A DNA stretch of 64,000 nt. Origin: Minutocellus sp. GHC0000111 (taxonomy: Eukaryota). The stretch is taken from assembly GCA_977018835.1 (NCBI GenBank), contig OZ361259.1, forward strand, positions 1,984,001-2,048,000, read 5' to 3'. Shown here piece after piece: positions 33,785 through 45,063 of the stretch; within the stretch, counting starts at the first letter, position 1; each line of letters starts with the position of its first letter. The notes beneath the pieces are model-generated. The model was not told where the DNA came from. It was given only the letters and a program-made list of their open reading frames with translations, and did no database searches. A program made the position numbers and the translations under genes.

Positions 33785-36700
33785 ATGGCCTCCTCGCTTC
33801 CGCCACCCACGCCAGGCGGCCTACCGCCCGACGTGGGAAGCCTCCTGGACAGTATTGGGAGCGGTGTAAGCGGTAGTATCGGTGCCGGTTCTGGTCCGGC
33901 GACGGCATTGACCGCTGTGGCAGCTACGACCGGCAGCGGAGGCAGCAGCACATCTGGTGCTGTTCCTCCCTCGGGCTCCGCTACTGCTACTGCCGGTGGT
34001 GATGAAGACGGCGGTGCCGGAGAACAACAGCAACAAGAATTCGATCCGATCGAATTCCTCAACAGCAACTACCAGACCGAGGCCTCCCTGGTATCGGCCC
34101 TGCCCACCCTCCGCTCGACCATCAATCAGCGCATCGAGCACCTCGACGAATCCATCTCGTCGACCATCCAGAAACAGGCCGATCTGGCCGACATTACCGC
34201 CACGGACGTCGCCCGGGCTCGCGCGGCGATCCTGCGCCTGCAGGGCCGGGTGGAGACCGTCCAGAGCAAGGCCCGGCTGTCCGAGCAGGCCGTGCTGGAG
34301 ATCACCCGCGACCTCAAGCGGTTGGACTTTGCCAAGCGTCATTTGAGTCGGACCATCACGGCCCTCAAGCGGCTGCACATGCTCCTGCATGCCGTCGATC
34401 GGCTCCACGCGGCGGCGTACGGTGGCGATCCCTTCCCGGATTACGGGACGTGTGCCAACCTCATCGATGCCACTCGGCTCCTCCTGGGACATTTCGACGG
34501 GTACATTTTTCCATCCAAAAGATGCGCGACGTGAGGGATGCCGTCGGCACGGTGCGGTTGGATCTGAGGGAGGGGGCCGTGTTCGGCTTCCGTGTGGTTG
34601 GCTTTGGCTTCAGCAAGGCATTGGCCAAGTGCGGCGGGGAGGTGCCGCGATGCGGTGGTGGTAAGCCCAGAAAGGACATGTCGGCGGACGGGGGTGACGG
34701 TGGGGGTGCCTCCAAGGAACAGGAGGAAGAAGAGGAGGAGGAGGAGACGATCGGTATGCCAACACTGGATACGTTCAGAGTGCAGATGATGCCTACAGCG
34801 CGGGACTTTCGGCTGCTGAATCAAGCAAGAAACTGGGTCCGGCGGAGGTGCCTCCTCCGCCCATGCCCAAGGAGCTGCTGTCGGAGGCCTGCATGGTGAT
34901 TGATGCCCTCGGCCTTCCGACTCGGAGGGAGTTTGTGGGTACCTTCTGCAAGGATCATCTCGAATCTTACTCCGAAACATTTGACCCAAAGAAGAATTCG
35001 TCAACTGGCGGAGGTGGTAGTGGTGGAGGCACGGGTAGCATGTCAGCTGGAGGGCTGGCATTGGCCAGTGCCGCCAAGAGCTTCAAGATTGCCATGCCCA
35101 CGACCTCCGGACATGGTGGTGGGGACTCTGGCGCTGGTGGATCGGATGGGGGTAAGGGGGCCAATCCCAATCCAGCCTCCCTTGATCAAATTGATAGGCG
35201 ATATGCCTACTATCGCCGCAATTTGCGGGAGCTTGACGATAAGTTCCGCGATGTCTTCCCCCAGAACTGGAATGTGTATCATGACATGACCTACCGCTTC
35301 CTACAGATCACGTCCGATCATCTCTCGTCATTGCTCACACCCCTCCGACCATACCGTGACAGGGACTGCGATGATGTCACCATCCTTCTAAAGGCTCTGC
35401 AAAAGACCGTCATGTTTGAGAAGGAGATGACGGCGTGGCTTCAGCGAGAATGTGGCACGATATTTCTTGACGGTAGTAGGGAGGCCGAGCAGGCTGCCCG
35501 AGAGGCCGAGGAGGCGGCCGAAATTGAGATGGACGACGAGAAGGCGGCGATAGCCGCTGCTGCCGCAGCAGCAGGAACGGGAGGCAGTTCCGCACCCCCA
35601 GCAGTATACGGTGAAGATGGTGAAGAGCTTGAATTTGACGAATTTGGCAAGGCGGTGGCCGCAAGTAGTGCAGAGGGTATTCGTATCAAGTATGAGCGCA
35701 AGATGAGGGAGAAGAGAGAGGGCAGGGAGCGAGGTACCGGCGGAGCAGCAGAGCTCGGCATCGGAGGAGCAAGGCATAACCGCCCCATTCCTGCCAAGCC
35801 ACTGATTGGGGTTGCATCGGCAACCTTTGATGGCTTTATGGGGCCCTACATCGCTTTGGAGGAGCAGAACATGGACGAGCAATTGGTAGAGTTTACGTCG
35901 CAACGGGAGGTGGACACTCGCGGGGAACTTCCCGTCTTCACTTCGTCCACAGCGCTCTTTGTTTACATCAAGAACAGCATCACGAGGTGCACCAACCTTA
36001 CCAAGGGCCAGACCTTCTTCCAGCTCTTTGCGTCATTCCAAGATACACTCAAGAAGTATGCCAATGTTCTTGAGGGTATGTTTCCCAAGCCCAACGTCGC
36101 TGTCGCCGCTGCCTCGGCAGCCATTAATCTTTCGGCCAACATTGGCATCGGATCAGCACTAGCGAATCCATCCGGTGTCGCTGCATCTGCTAACAGCAGC
36201 AGTAGTGGCGCTCAGTCCTACCGCATCCCTCCCGGGGAGGAGGTCACAATCTGCCACGTTATCGATACTTGCGAGTACTGTGCTGACACCATGGAGGCCC
36301 TGGAGGATTTGATCCGAGATAAGATTGATGACAAGTACAAAGATAAGATTGATATGTCGGGTGAGCAAGAGGCTTTCCACGATGTTACTGCCAAGGGCAT
36401 TCGAGTACTTGTGTCCGGACTTGAAAATCGCGCGGACAAACCTTTCAGAGACATGGCAAGCATAAAGTGGGCCGATATGGATGTCGTGGGAGAGGAGTCG
36501 CCCTATGTTCGGGCCATGCACGAAGCCATCTGTCCATTTGTCATCACAGTTCGAGGCCTCTTGCCGACATCTTACTTTCGCAACTTTTGCGATAAGTTTG
36601 CGGCAGCCTTCACAACAACCTTTTACAATTCTCTCATCAGACAAAAGCGCATCAGTGAATCGGGCTCGCAGCAACTTCTTCTGGATGTTACCACTCTCAA

Positions 36701-37166
36701 GACTCTTCTTTTGAAGTTGCCGGTGCTCGAGGAGAAGGCGGGCAAAAAGGCAGGCGCCGCCGGTGGTGGCAAGCCGAAGCAAGGCACCAAGATTGCCCCG
36801 GCCATGTATACCAAGATGGTGACCAAACAATTTCAACGCATCGAAATTCTGCTCAAACTTGTCGGTACTCCATCCGAGCTTCTCATTGACATGTTTAAGT
36901 CTCAATGGGAGGGTGGTTCGGCACTGGACTTCCAAGTAATTATGAACCTCAAGGGCATGAAGCGAAATGAGCAGGCCATATACCTGGAGAAGTTGGGCGT
37001 AGACCCAGCCATTGCCAAGACGGGTGCTGCTCATGGAGCGACCTCTAATATCACCGATCACGTTCAGGCTCTCCAGGGCCGAGGATCTGATGTTGCGAAC
37101 AAAATGACCTCTGATATGGCAAATATGCGGGCCAAGGTGGAAAGCTTCAGGCTTCAATTTAGATAG
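33785..37166 (+). CDS. VPS53: GARP/EARP complex subunit Vps53; two apparent 1-nt deletions (~34506-34510, ~34746)
   Basis: FDPIEFLN, EITRDLKRLDFAKRHLSRTITALKRLHML, LDQIDRRYAY, DTCEYC, GSQQLLLD. Confidence 0.92.
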
Positions 37167-37211
37167 CTACAGTAATATTGATAGAAGCTTAATTTTTATG
37201 CGAGCCAAGCT

Positions 37212-39197
37212 CTACAACTGTAGCAAAACGACTGCCCCTTGGACATCTTCCTTCCCCTGTTTTCGAAGTACTTCTTCCCTCCATTCTATAAGCTTTAGCC
37301 CCGCCATTTTGGCGACATCTTCCACGTACGCCTGGGAGTGGCCAAAACGACCACTCGGAAGTAGCATTAAGCCATCAACTCCGTCTCGATGTGTGTTTCT
37401 CCCTTTTTTGGTTGTTGTTGGTGTTTCCACGGTAAACCCAAGTAGTCCATCTTTCTGTAACACCCTGCCTGCCTCCCTAAATACTCCATCCAAAGCTCCA
37501 ATGTAGATGAATACATCCGATGCAGTGATGATATCGACGCTGCCGGAGTCCGTGCTTTGTAAAAAGGCTGTCGCATCACTAACTTCGACGCTATCATAGA
37601 CCGGAATCTTGTTCTGCGCTCCATCCGTTACAATCCTTGCCTGTGCAACATCCACCATTCTCGTAGAAAGATCCACCCCTCGAATAACGACACTTGCTTC
37701 ACCATTGAGTGTTGTTGAAGCGCATGTTGCATCGCCTCCAACGGCTATTCTTTCTCTCAGCAATTGTCCGAGCAGCCCCGTTCCAACACCAAGATCCAGG
37801 ATACCAATGTCTCCGTCGACTTGATTCGTTTGCCAGTGCCGATCAATTGCATCTGCCACTATCGTGTGCCCCCGGTATCCCAAATCCTCAACTAGTTCCT
37901 TTTCAAACCGATCCGAATAGCCGTCGAAGAGGCCGGCAACATATTCATAAGATAATTCTGTTACCGATGCAGCATGTTCATCGCCAAGGGATGCAAGCTG
38001 GACCAAAGCATGTCCATCGTCAGGATTGACCTCAAGAGCTGCGCGGAAATATCTTGCGGCATCCTTCTTCTCTCCTCTGGACTTGTGTCGGATTCCGGCA
38101 TTGATCAGAAGGTCGGCCTCAGCATCTTCACGGACATACTCCGAAAGATCAAGATGGGATAAAATGCTCAGTCCATGTGCAATGTGCATGTCTTCATCGT
38201 CTATGAGCCCGGCTTCTCGGGCGGCGGCAGCCGCAAGAATGACATGCCTTACGAGACGAGTCCAAAGGCTTACAAGCTGCCCCATATCCTCCTGCGCAGG
38301 TTGTTTGAGCTGATTGGATCCAGGAAGTTTCTTGCCGTACTTGAATCTCAAGGTTCCACAAGGGTACCTGGCCATTCCCAATGCTTCTTCACTCAATGCG
38401 GCAACAATGGCTGCCTCGTGAGACTTCTTCGCGGCACTTTCGTAAGCACTGTAAACGTCCTTGGCTGCAGTTGATTGTTTTGGCTGTGTTTCGGAAGCAT
38501 CACCTGCAGCCTCTCCTAATATCGTTGATTTGACAAACGTCCCACCAACTCCTCGTGTTCTATGGAGCTTTCGCAACACAACGCCACGATATTCGTCTAC
38601 AACTGGCTCGTCTGGCGACAGCGCAGTGCATTTATCACATAATTTCAATGCCCTCTCCAGCAGCATTTGTTCTGAAGTTGAGCTATCGTCATTTTGAGCT
38701 ACCTTGTCCAAAAGCAGCACGATCAGCTTCTCAAATGCAGCCGCATGTGCCGTTTTCAGTGATTGTATATCTTCTACCTGCTCGTCAATATCATCATTTG
38801 TAATGTCAAATGCCGATGTTAGCATGAATTCAGCTTCATCATCGTCTCCCACCTCAATCAAAAGACTTGCCGCCTTTGTGAGCGAATCAACTCGAACCGA
38901 TGGCCCCATCCCATGAGTCTCGTTGTAGGCCGATGCGGCATACAGCGATGCAATTTCCCTTGCCTCTGATCTTGATGGCAGGGAAGGCAACCTTGATTCC
39001 AGCAGAAGCGCGAGCCTGTATTGAGTTTTGGGGAATGCATACGGAAAGTCCTCTGGTTTATCTTCAAGGCGCCGTCGAGCCTTGACGATTGCCTGAGCAA
39101 CCGGGTCTACCTGGTCTTGTGCCGTGACGCAAACGGTAGCGATGGCCAGAAGTAGAAATGTAGCGAACGCTGCCTTCCTATCGCACCCATTCGTCAT
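37212..39197 (-). CDS. Signal-peptide-bearing TPR + class I SAM methyltransferase
   Basis: Hydrophobic N-terminus; TPR ending ALEVNPDD; YVAGLFDGYSDRFEKELVEDLGY, ILDLGVGTGL, GVDLS, ASDVFIYIGAL, LLPSGRFGHS. Confidence 0.85.
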   Translation of the reverse strand: MTNGCDRKAAFATFLLLAIATVCVTAQDQVDPVAQAIVKARRRLEDKPEDFPYAFPKTQYRLALLLESRLPSLPSRSEAREIASLYAASAYNETHGMGPSVRVDSLTKAASLLIEVGDDDEAEFMLTSAFDITNDDIDEQVEDIQSLKTAHAAAFEKLIVLLLDKVAQNDDSSTSEQMLLERALKLCDKCTALSPDEPVVDEYRGVVLRKLHRTRGVGGTFVKSTILGEAAGDASETQPKQSTAAKDVYSAYESAAKKSHEAAIVAALSEEALGMARYPCGTLRFKYGKKLPGSNQLKQPAQEDMGQLVSLWTRLVRHVILAAAAAREAGLIDDEDMHIAHGLSILSHLDLSEYVREDAEADLLINAGIRHKSRGEKKDAARYFRAALEVNPDDGHALVQLASLGDEHAASVTELSYEYVAGLFDGYSDRFEKELVEDLGYRGHTIVADAIDRHWQTNQVDGDIGILDLGVGTGLLGQLLRERIAVGGDATCASTTLNGEASVVIRGVDLSTRMVDVAQARIVTDGAQNKIPVYDSVEVSDATAFLQSTDSGSVDIITASDVFIYIGALDGVFREAGRVLQKDGLLGFTVETPTTTKKGRNTHRDGVDGLMLLPSGRFGHSQAYVEDVAKMAGLKLIEWREEVLRKQGKEDVQGAVVLLQL

Positions 39198-39334
39198 GCT
39201 TGTTCGTCAGTGCTGCGAAAAATGAATAATGAGGCTGGATGAAGGTCTCTCGTCGAGAAAACTCGGGGCTTTTGCCAGCCACTCAAATCTCAAATCAGCA
39301 AATCTGCTCGCTCTGCCTCAAACAACAGCCAACC

Positions 39335-40352
39335 ATGGCGGACTTTGCCTTCTCAGCGGTCTCGGCCTTCTTTGGTGAAGATCCGGATGCCTCGCCTGAT
39401 AAGAAGAAGGATGAAAAAGCCCAAGCATTCGTCCGTCGTCAAAACTGGTGGAAGGAAACAAGCGCGTCTTGGACTTGGCGCCACCACAGAAGATTCCAGA
39501 CCGAACCACCAGCAATCTCAGATTGGCAAGGCATCTGGAGCCAAGGATATTGGAAGGAAGATTCTCAGCGTCGGCAAATCCAAGAGAGGTCGTGCTTATG
39601 ATGATGACGACGACGATGCCACTGGCGATCATGACGACAGGAACGACGACGATGAAGCCGATGAGGAGGAAGGACGCACTTCCGCTGTCAAGAGTAGGGC
39701 ACCAAAGAGGACGTTCGATGCTGCAGCTGCAGTGATGTCGGAGCAGCCGGCCAAAAAGAAGAAAAAGAAGAAGGCGGGCAAGAAGGAGCGGGCTGCTGCT
39801 GCGGCTGCAGCTGATGCCGAGACTAGAGCCGAGGGTCAGGATAAGGAGACCGGCAATGAAGGCGCCGAGGAAGATAATGGCAATGAACAGGATGTCGATA
39901 ACGACGATGCCGCCAATACACAGTCCAAGACGAAACGCAAGCGCAAGAAGGTCCGTAGTCGCCAAAAGAATATTCGAAAAGACAATCGCCCAGCGAGAGA
40001 TAAGCCAAGCCACCTCGTGCTTGGTACGGGCAACTATGGCGGTAGGGCACTCACCCCCGAAACACGGAAGGCGATGAATTTGCCAGAGAGCAGAACAAAG
40101 CAGCGAGCCAAGAGACTTCTCAAGGAGGGAGGTGGTCATGGGGGCGACGGCAATGCCGATATCCACGAAGATCACCACAGTGGCAGTGGCATCGATAGTG
40201 GTAATGTTGGACTAGGACTGGCTGTGGATGATATGCTTGATGATTTGGGTGTAGCCGCCGGTACTGATGGTGGCCAGCTGGGCCAAGGATCCAACAAGGA
40301 AAAGAAGCCAAAGAAGAAAAAGAAGAAGTCCAAATTTAAGAACTTGAGGTAA
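39335..40352 (+). CDS. Lys-rich low-complexity hypothetical protein (nucleolar-like); apparent extra A in 39414-39418
   Basis: MADFAFSAV.. joins the KPKHSS..RLGLGA..RKKVRSRQKNIRKDNRP frame after removing one A. Confidence 0.6.
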
Positions 40353-40431
40353 ATCGAGCTATGCCTACTACTATGGATTAAATTGAGGTTTTCTTTCGCT
40401 TATAGAAATTTCTTAAGTTGGTTGCTTTCGC

Positions 40432-41700
40432 TTATTTATGAGGGTTGGGATAATTTGTTGCATTCAAAGCTTCTGTTCCAACGCCACCGGAATATTTCTC
40501 AACAAATTCTGCAAGATGTGCTTTGGTCACGTTCTTGCAACCACCCTCTCCGATGACAATGCCATCAAACAGATCCTTTTGGTGCATATCCACCTTCTTT
40601 TCAAGCCACAACTTGTCGTAGAAAGATTTCAAGTCATTTGTCGTGGAGTTTATACCCTCACACTCGCGATATTGAATTAAATGCTTGGACGCAGTGGCTC
40701 TGAGCTCTGGGATGGTCGATCGGTACTGAAAGACAAATCTAGCTGTTGAATAAGCCTCCGTGCAATCGGCTCGAGTGACAATAGGCATTTGCTCTATACA
40801 TCCACACATGGGAGACGAGGGTAGATTCTTCTCAAGGCCCTCATCCTTCATTAGCATCATCGACGACTGAAACAATAGATTGCCCTTCGCAAAGTGATTC
40901 CAGTAGTTTTCGCCATTCTCCCAGGCAATGCCGCTGCAGTAAACACCGGTATTGTTTGGAAATATCGTGAGGCCATCGCTGAAGCCGTGAGAGGAGGAAG
41001 ACTTGCTCAGATCAACTAGGCATACATCTGCATTGCCACTGTTAATGTCACTCTTCGAGACATTCTTTGAGTGGACAGCGCTGGCAACTTCGCAGTCGAA
41101 CTCCCCATCGATAGGGTCACAGTCTACAGTTCCGTAGGCTGAGATTTCTTCATTCGGGTTCGCTGGCCAGCAGCACATGGCAGCATTGGCTTGGCATCCC
41201 GATAAAGAAGGCACTTCTTCTGGCCATTTTAGCACTCTACGTTTCGATTGTCGATCATACATGTCGATTCTCCTTGCACCGCTACCCCTGAACGACCCTT
41301 TCTCGAGCTGCTGAAGTCCACCGGCGTTCCACGATGTACCCCCGCCAAAGAATTCGGAATCATACTCTCTGCCCTTGTTGGAAATGCTGCCAAATTCCAG
41401 TTTCTTTGGGTGTCGCTTGTCAAGAGCATTTTTGCATATTTCTTCCATCTTCTTTCGAGCTTCCTCATGAGACTCGGCGCCTAGGAGAAGCTGGATGTCT
41501 TCATCTAGAGATAGGCCAAAGCGTTTGCAGCGCTTATCAAAACGAGGTTTCAGAGCTTCCTTGAGACTTTCCATGGAGCACTCACTAGTTGTTGCCGTGA
41601 CCTTCCAGCTGATGCCTCCAAGACAGGCATCAGAATCAACAACAGCTAATACTCCTATCGAGAGGCACGAGAAAAGGAAGACTACTGATTTGGATACCAT
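40432..41700 (-). CDS. Secreted Cys-rich protein of unknown function
   Basis: Signal peptide MVSKSVVFLFSCLSIGVLAVVDS; CQANAAMCCW, NADVC, YCSGIAW, PMCGCIEQMPIVTRADC. Confidence 0.75.
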   Translation of the reverse strand: MVSKSVVFLFSCLSIGVLAVVDSDACLGGISWKVTATTSECSMESLKEALKPRFDKRCKRFGLSLDEDIQLLLGAESHEEARKKMEEICKNALDKRHPKKLEFGSISNKGREYDSEFFGGGTSWNAGGLQQLEKGSFRGSGARRIDMYDRQSKRRVLKWPEEVPSLSGCQANAAMCCWPANPNEEISAYGTVDCDPIDGEFDCEVASAVHSKNVSKSDINSGNADVCLVDLSKSSSSHGFSDGLTIFPNNTGVYCSGIAWENGENYWNHFAKGNLLFQSSMMLMKDEGLEKNLPSSPMCGCIEQMPIVTRADCTEAYSTARFVFQYRSTIPELRATASKHLIQYRECEGINSTTNDLKSFYDKLWLEKKVDMHQKDLFDGIVIGEGGCKNVTKAHLAEFVEKYSGGVGTEALNATNYPNPHK

Positions 41701-41908
41701 ACAATCAAAGCAATATGTTGAGAAAAGGAGAATTGAGCTCGCCACAAATGTACGCTCGGGACTTTAGGGCGGTGACAGGCTTCGTGGACATCGGCGTCGC
41801 AATCGGCGCACCAAAAAAGGAGTATTATTTGTGACACTTTCCTCTCTACGGTAAAGATAAGTTTCTGTCGGACTACTGTACGTAATATCATCCTACATCT
41901 GCCTACTT

Positions 41909-44530
41909 TTAGTACAACTTCTCCTTCTTCAGCTTCTTCTTCAGTAGAATCGTCGAGAGCAATGAGCAAGCCCACACAACAAGGCCGGCTCCCAGAGCCC
42001 AGTTACCCGAGGATCCACCGGCATCTCGATAGACTCTGAATCCCACAGAAGGTGACCAGTATGGTTCCGTAAAGACTGGGCTCACTCCTTGATCATTTTC
42101 ATCAAAAAGGAATCGTCCGGTGAAATTATTCGGTGCCGGTACAATGGCTTCATCAAGAGCCAAGTGATAATGCGCCCGAGAACAGACGCAGACGCCATCA
42201 CCTGAACATAACGCTTCGTCGCCCGTTGCTGAGCAATATGATACAGAAGCGCAGTCCTTGGAGCTCTTGCAGGAACTAAGCTCGGCAACATCGCCGTCGG
42301 CATTGACACTGCCCCTTCCCAAGAAGTCATCGAGCATGCCGTGAATACTCGTTTCGAGTAGACTCGGTCGGAGGAGGAAGGTATCGGTCTTGGCCTTGCC
42401 GTACTCTTCATCTCCAGTGTAAGAACCATATCTTTTAGTGCCAACTTGGACGAATCCCTGCCCATTGCTCGCATCGTAGACACTGGGATAGTAGTTGGGA
42501 GGATTTCCCAGAGGTACTCCCAGGCCAAGATCAACGCCGGTAACATACTCGTTGTTGATCCTTTCCATCTTGCCATACGACAGAAGGAGATCGCAGTTGC
42601 CATCAGTCAGGAGACAATCGGCCAATGCGAGGAATGTTTCGTCGTCAGCCGAAAGATTGGGAACAAGATTGGCGGCATATTGGGCAGCACTTTCGGCATC
42701 CCCTTCACCATTGTCATAGGCGGATGCTACAGCTGCTCGTGCCAGCACGGTGGCAGCCATGGCGATAGAACCTAGATCCACAGTTCGTGTAGCGTTAGAG
42801 TCAAGGTGGGAATGGTAGAAGGATTCATCGACAAAGGTTTCATCGTACCCAGCGAGGACAGCGCCACCCACGGCACCCTCCGATAGCTTGATGAGTGACT
42901 GAAGCGGAGTGGGTGGGATAGCAGGCTGACCGTTGTCGTCATTCTCGGCAGCCGAAGAAGCAATAGTCCAATCGTTGGAACCGAGCTGGAGGAGTACGTT
43001 CGCAAGGAAGCCATTGTCATTGTCTCCGGCATTCTCGCCGTGCACATAGAAAGTTTGATCGGTACCGAGTACGCCAATCTGATCAACTGCGATCATTCCT
43101 GAGATTTCACCGAGCTTCGTAAAGTCCAGGTCGGTCCGAAGAGGATTCAGACAGCCCATTTTCACTTCTTCGCTATTGTCGTCACTGCCTGTGTTCTTGG
43201 CCACGGCTGGTACAGTCCGATCTTCATCGCACTGAAAACCAGGATAGGCTACATCTCTCAAGAACGATCGCGAACCAACGTAACCATAGGACTCGGCCTG
43301 AAAGAAACCAAACATGATCCGCTTGGACAGTCCATCGAGCGTCGTGTCGGGCACCGACGACCCGACTAGTTTGGCCGCCATCAGCAGAGCCAAAATATTG
43401 GTAGCGGCCGAGTTGGCACCAGGTGAGGCATCGTGGAACATGGAAGTGGAATCGATGGACGTGGCCATCATGACGATGGGACGCTGGTTGCCGTTGCCAT
43501 TGTTGGCCTGCTGCTGCTGTTGATCCTCCAATCTGCGCCGCCCAGAAGCACTCTCGGGGGAGCCCGAAACGGCCCAAACACTACTTCCTGCCAGTGGTAG
43601 ACATTTGGGAGCCCAGCTCTCATCGACGTCCCTCCACGCCAAACATGTCGGCGAATCGGCATTCTCCGGGCCCATGTAGTAGTTAAACTCTGCCATAATC
43701 GCAGGATACAGATCGTCATCTCTGACACTGCCGTCGCCGTCCAGGATCCGCTGCAGGGGTGCACTCTGTTCCATCGACACGGAATGCAGGTCGGCGGCAA
43801 CGTCGGGCTTGGAAACGTACACGACGGGCAGGCCATGGTAGTCCACCATGGTATTGCCGTCTCCATTGGGATTCCATTCGTAGCTGCTCTGCGCAACGTT
43901 GGCCGAGGGTGTGTCGTCACCCTGCGGACTTGCTGCTTCCGGCGAATAGTAGAGGTTTCTGTTTGCGTCCGCCGTTGCATTGATTACGAGCAATCCACGG
44001 AGGACACCGGCGCCATCTTCGTTTGCGTCGGCATTCTCTCCCTCTCCACCTCCGGTGCACTGTTGAGCACTGTCCCCACAGGACATGGCATCGGCGGCAT
44101 TGGCAAAGCTGCGCAGTGTTGCGACGTTGGCCGCCGTGAACTCCGTCTCGTCCATCACGGCAACGTAGGGCGGTAGCTTCCCGGCGTTGCTGTTGATGTT
44201 TGCTTCATTCGCATCATTCGCATCATTGTCATCGCCATCCTCCGCCACCGTGGACCAGTGCACGATCCGACCGGTCATGGTGCTCCGACTCAACGTACCG
44301 CAGCCCACACGTCCGTTCCGATGGAAGAGCGAAACGCACCCATCGTGCGGCAGATGTTCGAAGGAGGTCTGGAATGGCTCCTCGAGGGAGGGAGTCGACA
44401 CCGCCAGAACACTGCTGCTGCTGGTGATGAGGATGGCACAGAGCAGCAGCAGGGCGGTGGTGCCGATGGAACGAGGCCGCTTGGCTGCGGCCGCCGAAAA
44501 TAATTCAACACATCTTGTGCCGCCCTTCAT
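41909..44530 (-). CDS. NCSTN: Nicastrin (gamma-secretase subunit); start at 44530 or 44551
   Basis: Signal peptide; CVSLFHRNGRVGC, CLPLAGSSVW, SIDSTSMFHDASPGA, FFQAESYGYVGSRSFL, FTEPYWS, single C-terminal TM. Confidence 0.92.
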   Translation of the reverse strand: MKGGTRCVELFSAAAAKRPRSIGTTALLLLCAILITSSSSVLAVSTPSLEEPFQTSFEHLPHDGCVSLFHRNGRVGCGTLSRSTMTGRIVHWSTVAEDGDDNDANDANEANINSNAGKLPPYVAVMDETEFTAANVATLRSFANAADAMSCGDSAQQCTGGGEGENADANEDGAGVLRGLLVINATADANRNLYYSPEAASPQGDDTPSANVAQSSYEWNPNGDGNTMVDYHGLPVVYVSKPDVAADLHSVSMEQSAPLQRILDGDGSVRDDDLYPAIMAEFNYYMGPENADSPTCLAWRDVDESWAPKCLPLAGSSVWAVSGSPESASGRRRLEDQQQQQANNGNGNQRPIVMMATSIDSTSMFHDASPGANSAATNILALLMAAKLVGSSVPDTTLDGLSKRIMFGFFQAESYGYVGSRSFLRDVAYPGFQCDEDRTVPAVAKNTGSDDNSEEVKMGCLNPLRTDLDFTKLGEISGMIAVDQIGVLGTDQTFYVHGENAGDNDNGFLANVLLQLGSNDWTIASSAAENDDNGQPAIPPTPLQSLIKLSEGAVGGAVLAGYDETFVDESFYHSHLDSNATRTVDLGSIAMAATVLARAAVASAYDNGEGDAESAAQYAANLVPNLSADDETFLALADCLLTDGNCDLLLSYGKMERINNEYVTGVDLGLGVPLGNPPNYYPSVYDASNGQGFVQVGTKRYGSYTGDEEYGKAKTDTFLLRPSLLETSIHGMLDDFLGRGSVNADGDVAELSSCKSSKDCASVSYCSATGDEALCSGDGVCVCSRAHYHLALDEAIVPAPNNFTGRFLFDENDQGVSPVFTEPYWSPSVGFRVYRDAGGSSGNWALGAGLVVWACSLLSTILLKKKLKKEKLY

Positions 44531-45063
44531 TGTGACTGCCTTTGCGGACATAAAACAGAGATCTCTGGCTGGACGAGCGGTGATAAAGAGCTTCGTAATC
44601 AAAAGAGTGGGGTGCAAGTTACAATGGGATGAATAGTGCCGTTGCTGGCTGGCATGTGTTTGGCACGATACCAACATGGGCATGGGAGAGAGCGTTGGGG
44701 TACCTAGGTACCTAGGCCTACGTAGGTACGGGTGACTGGCCGTTGTGTTGGCTGCCGCGAGTGAGTCGAGTGAGTCGCAAGCAAGCAAGACAAAAACGGC
44801 CAGCTGAAACATGAAACGGCCCAGATACCAGAACGCAAAGCTCTCGCTCAAAGCAACGTGCGTGTTGCGTTGAACCATTGTATGTACCAATTGGTAAGTG
44901 AAAGCTTATGGCACGCAGCAGCTGAGCTTGATCTGGCTCCCATTCCCCACACAATTCAATCAGATAACTGTTCGATATTTGTGCCGGGGATAGGGCTTTC
45001 GTTCGGCAAAACAACATCGCCATTCTGTTAGGATTATTACGGCCATTGAAAGAGCCTCTCAGA

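Noticed and set aside
9352..39418. Genome-wide Euplotes-style programmed frameshifting
   Set aside because: The shift sites share no motif or direction and most are run-length changes
44531..44890. N-terminal extension of nicastrin in the ORF track
   Set aside because: Non-ATG start; the signal peptide follows 44530/44551; the region holds the footprint-like palindromes
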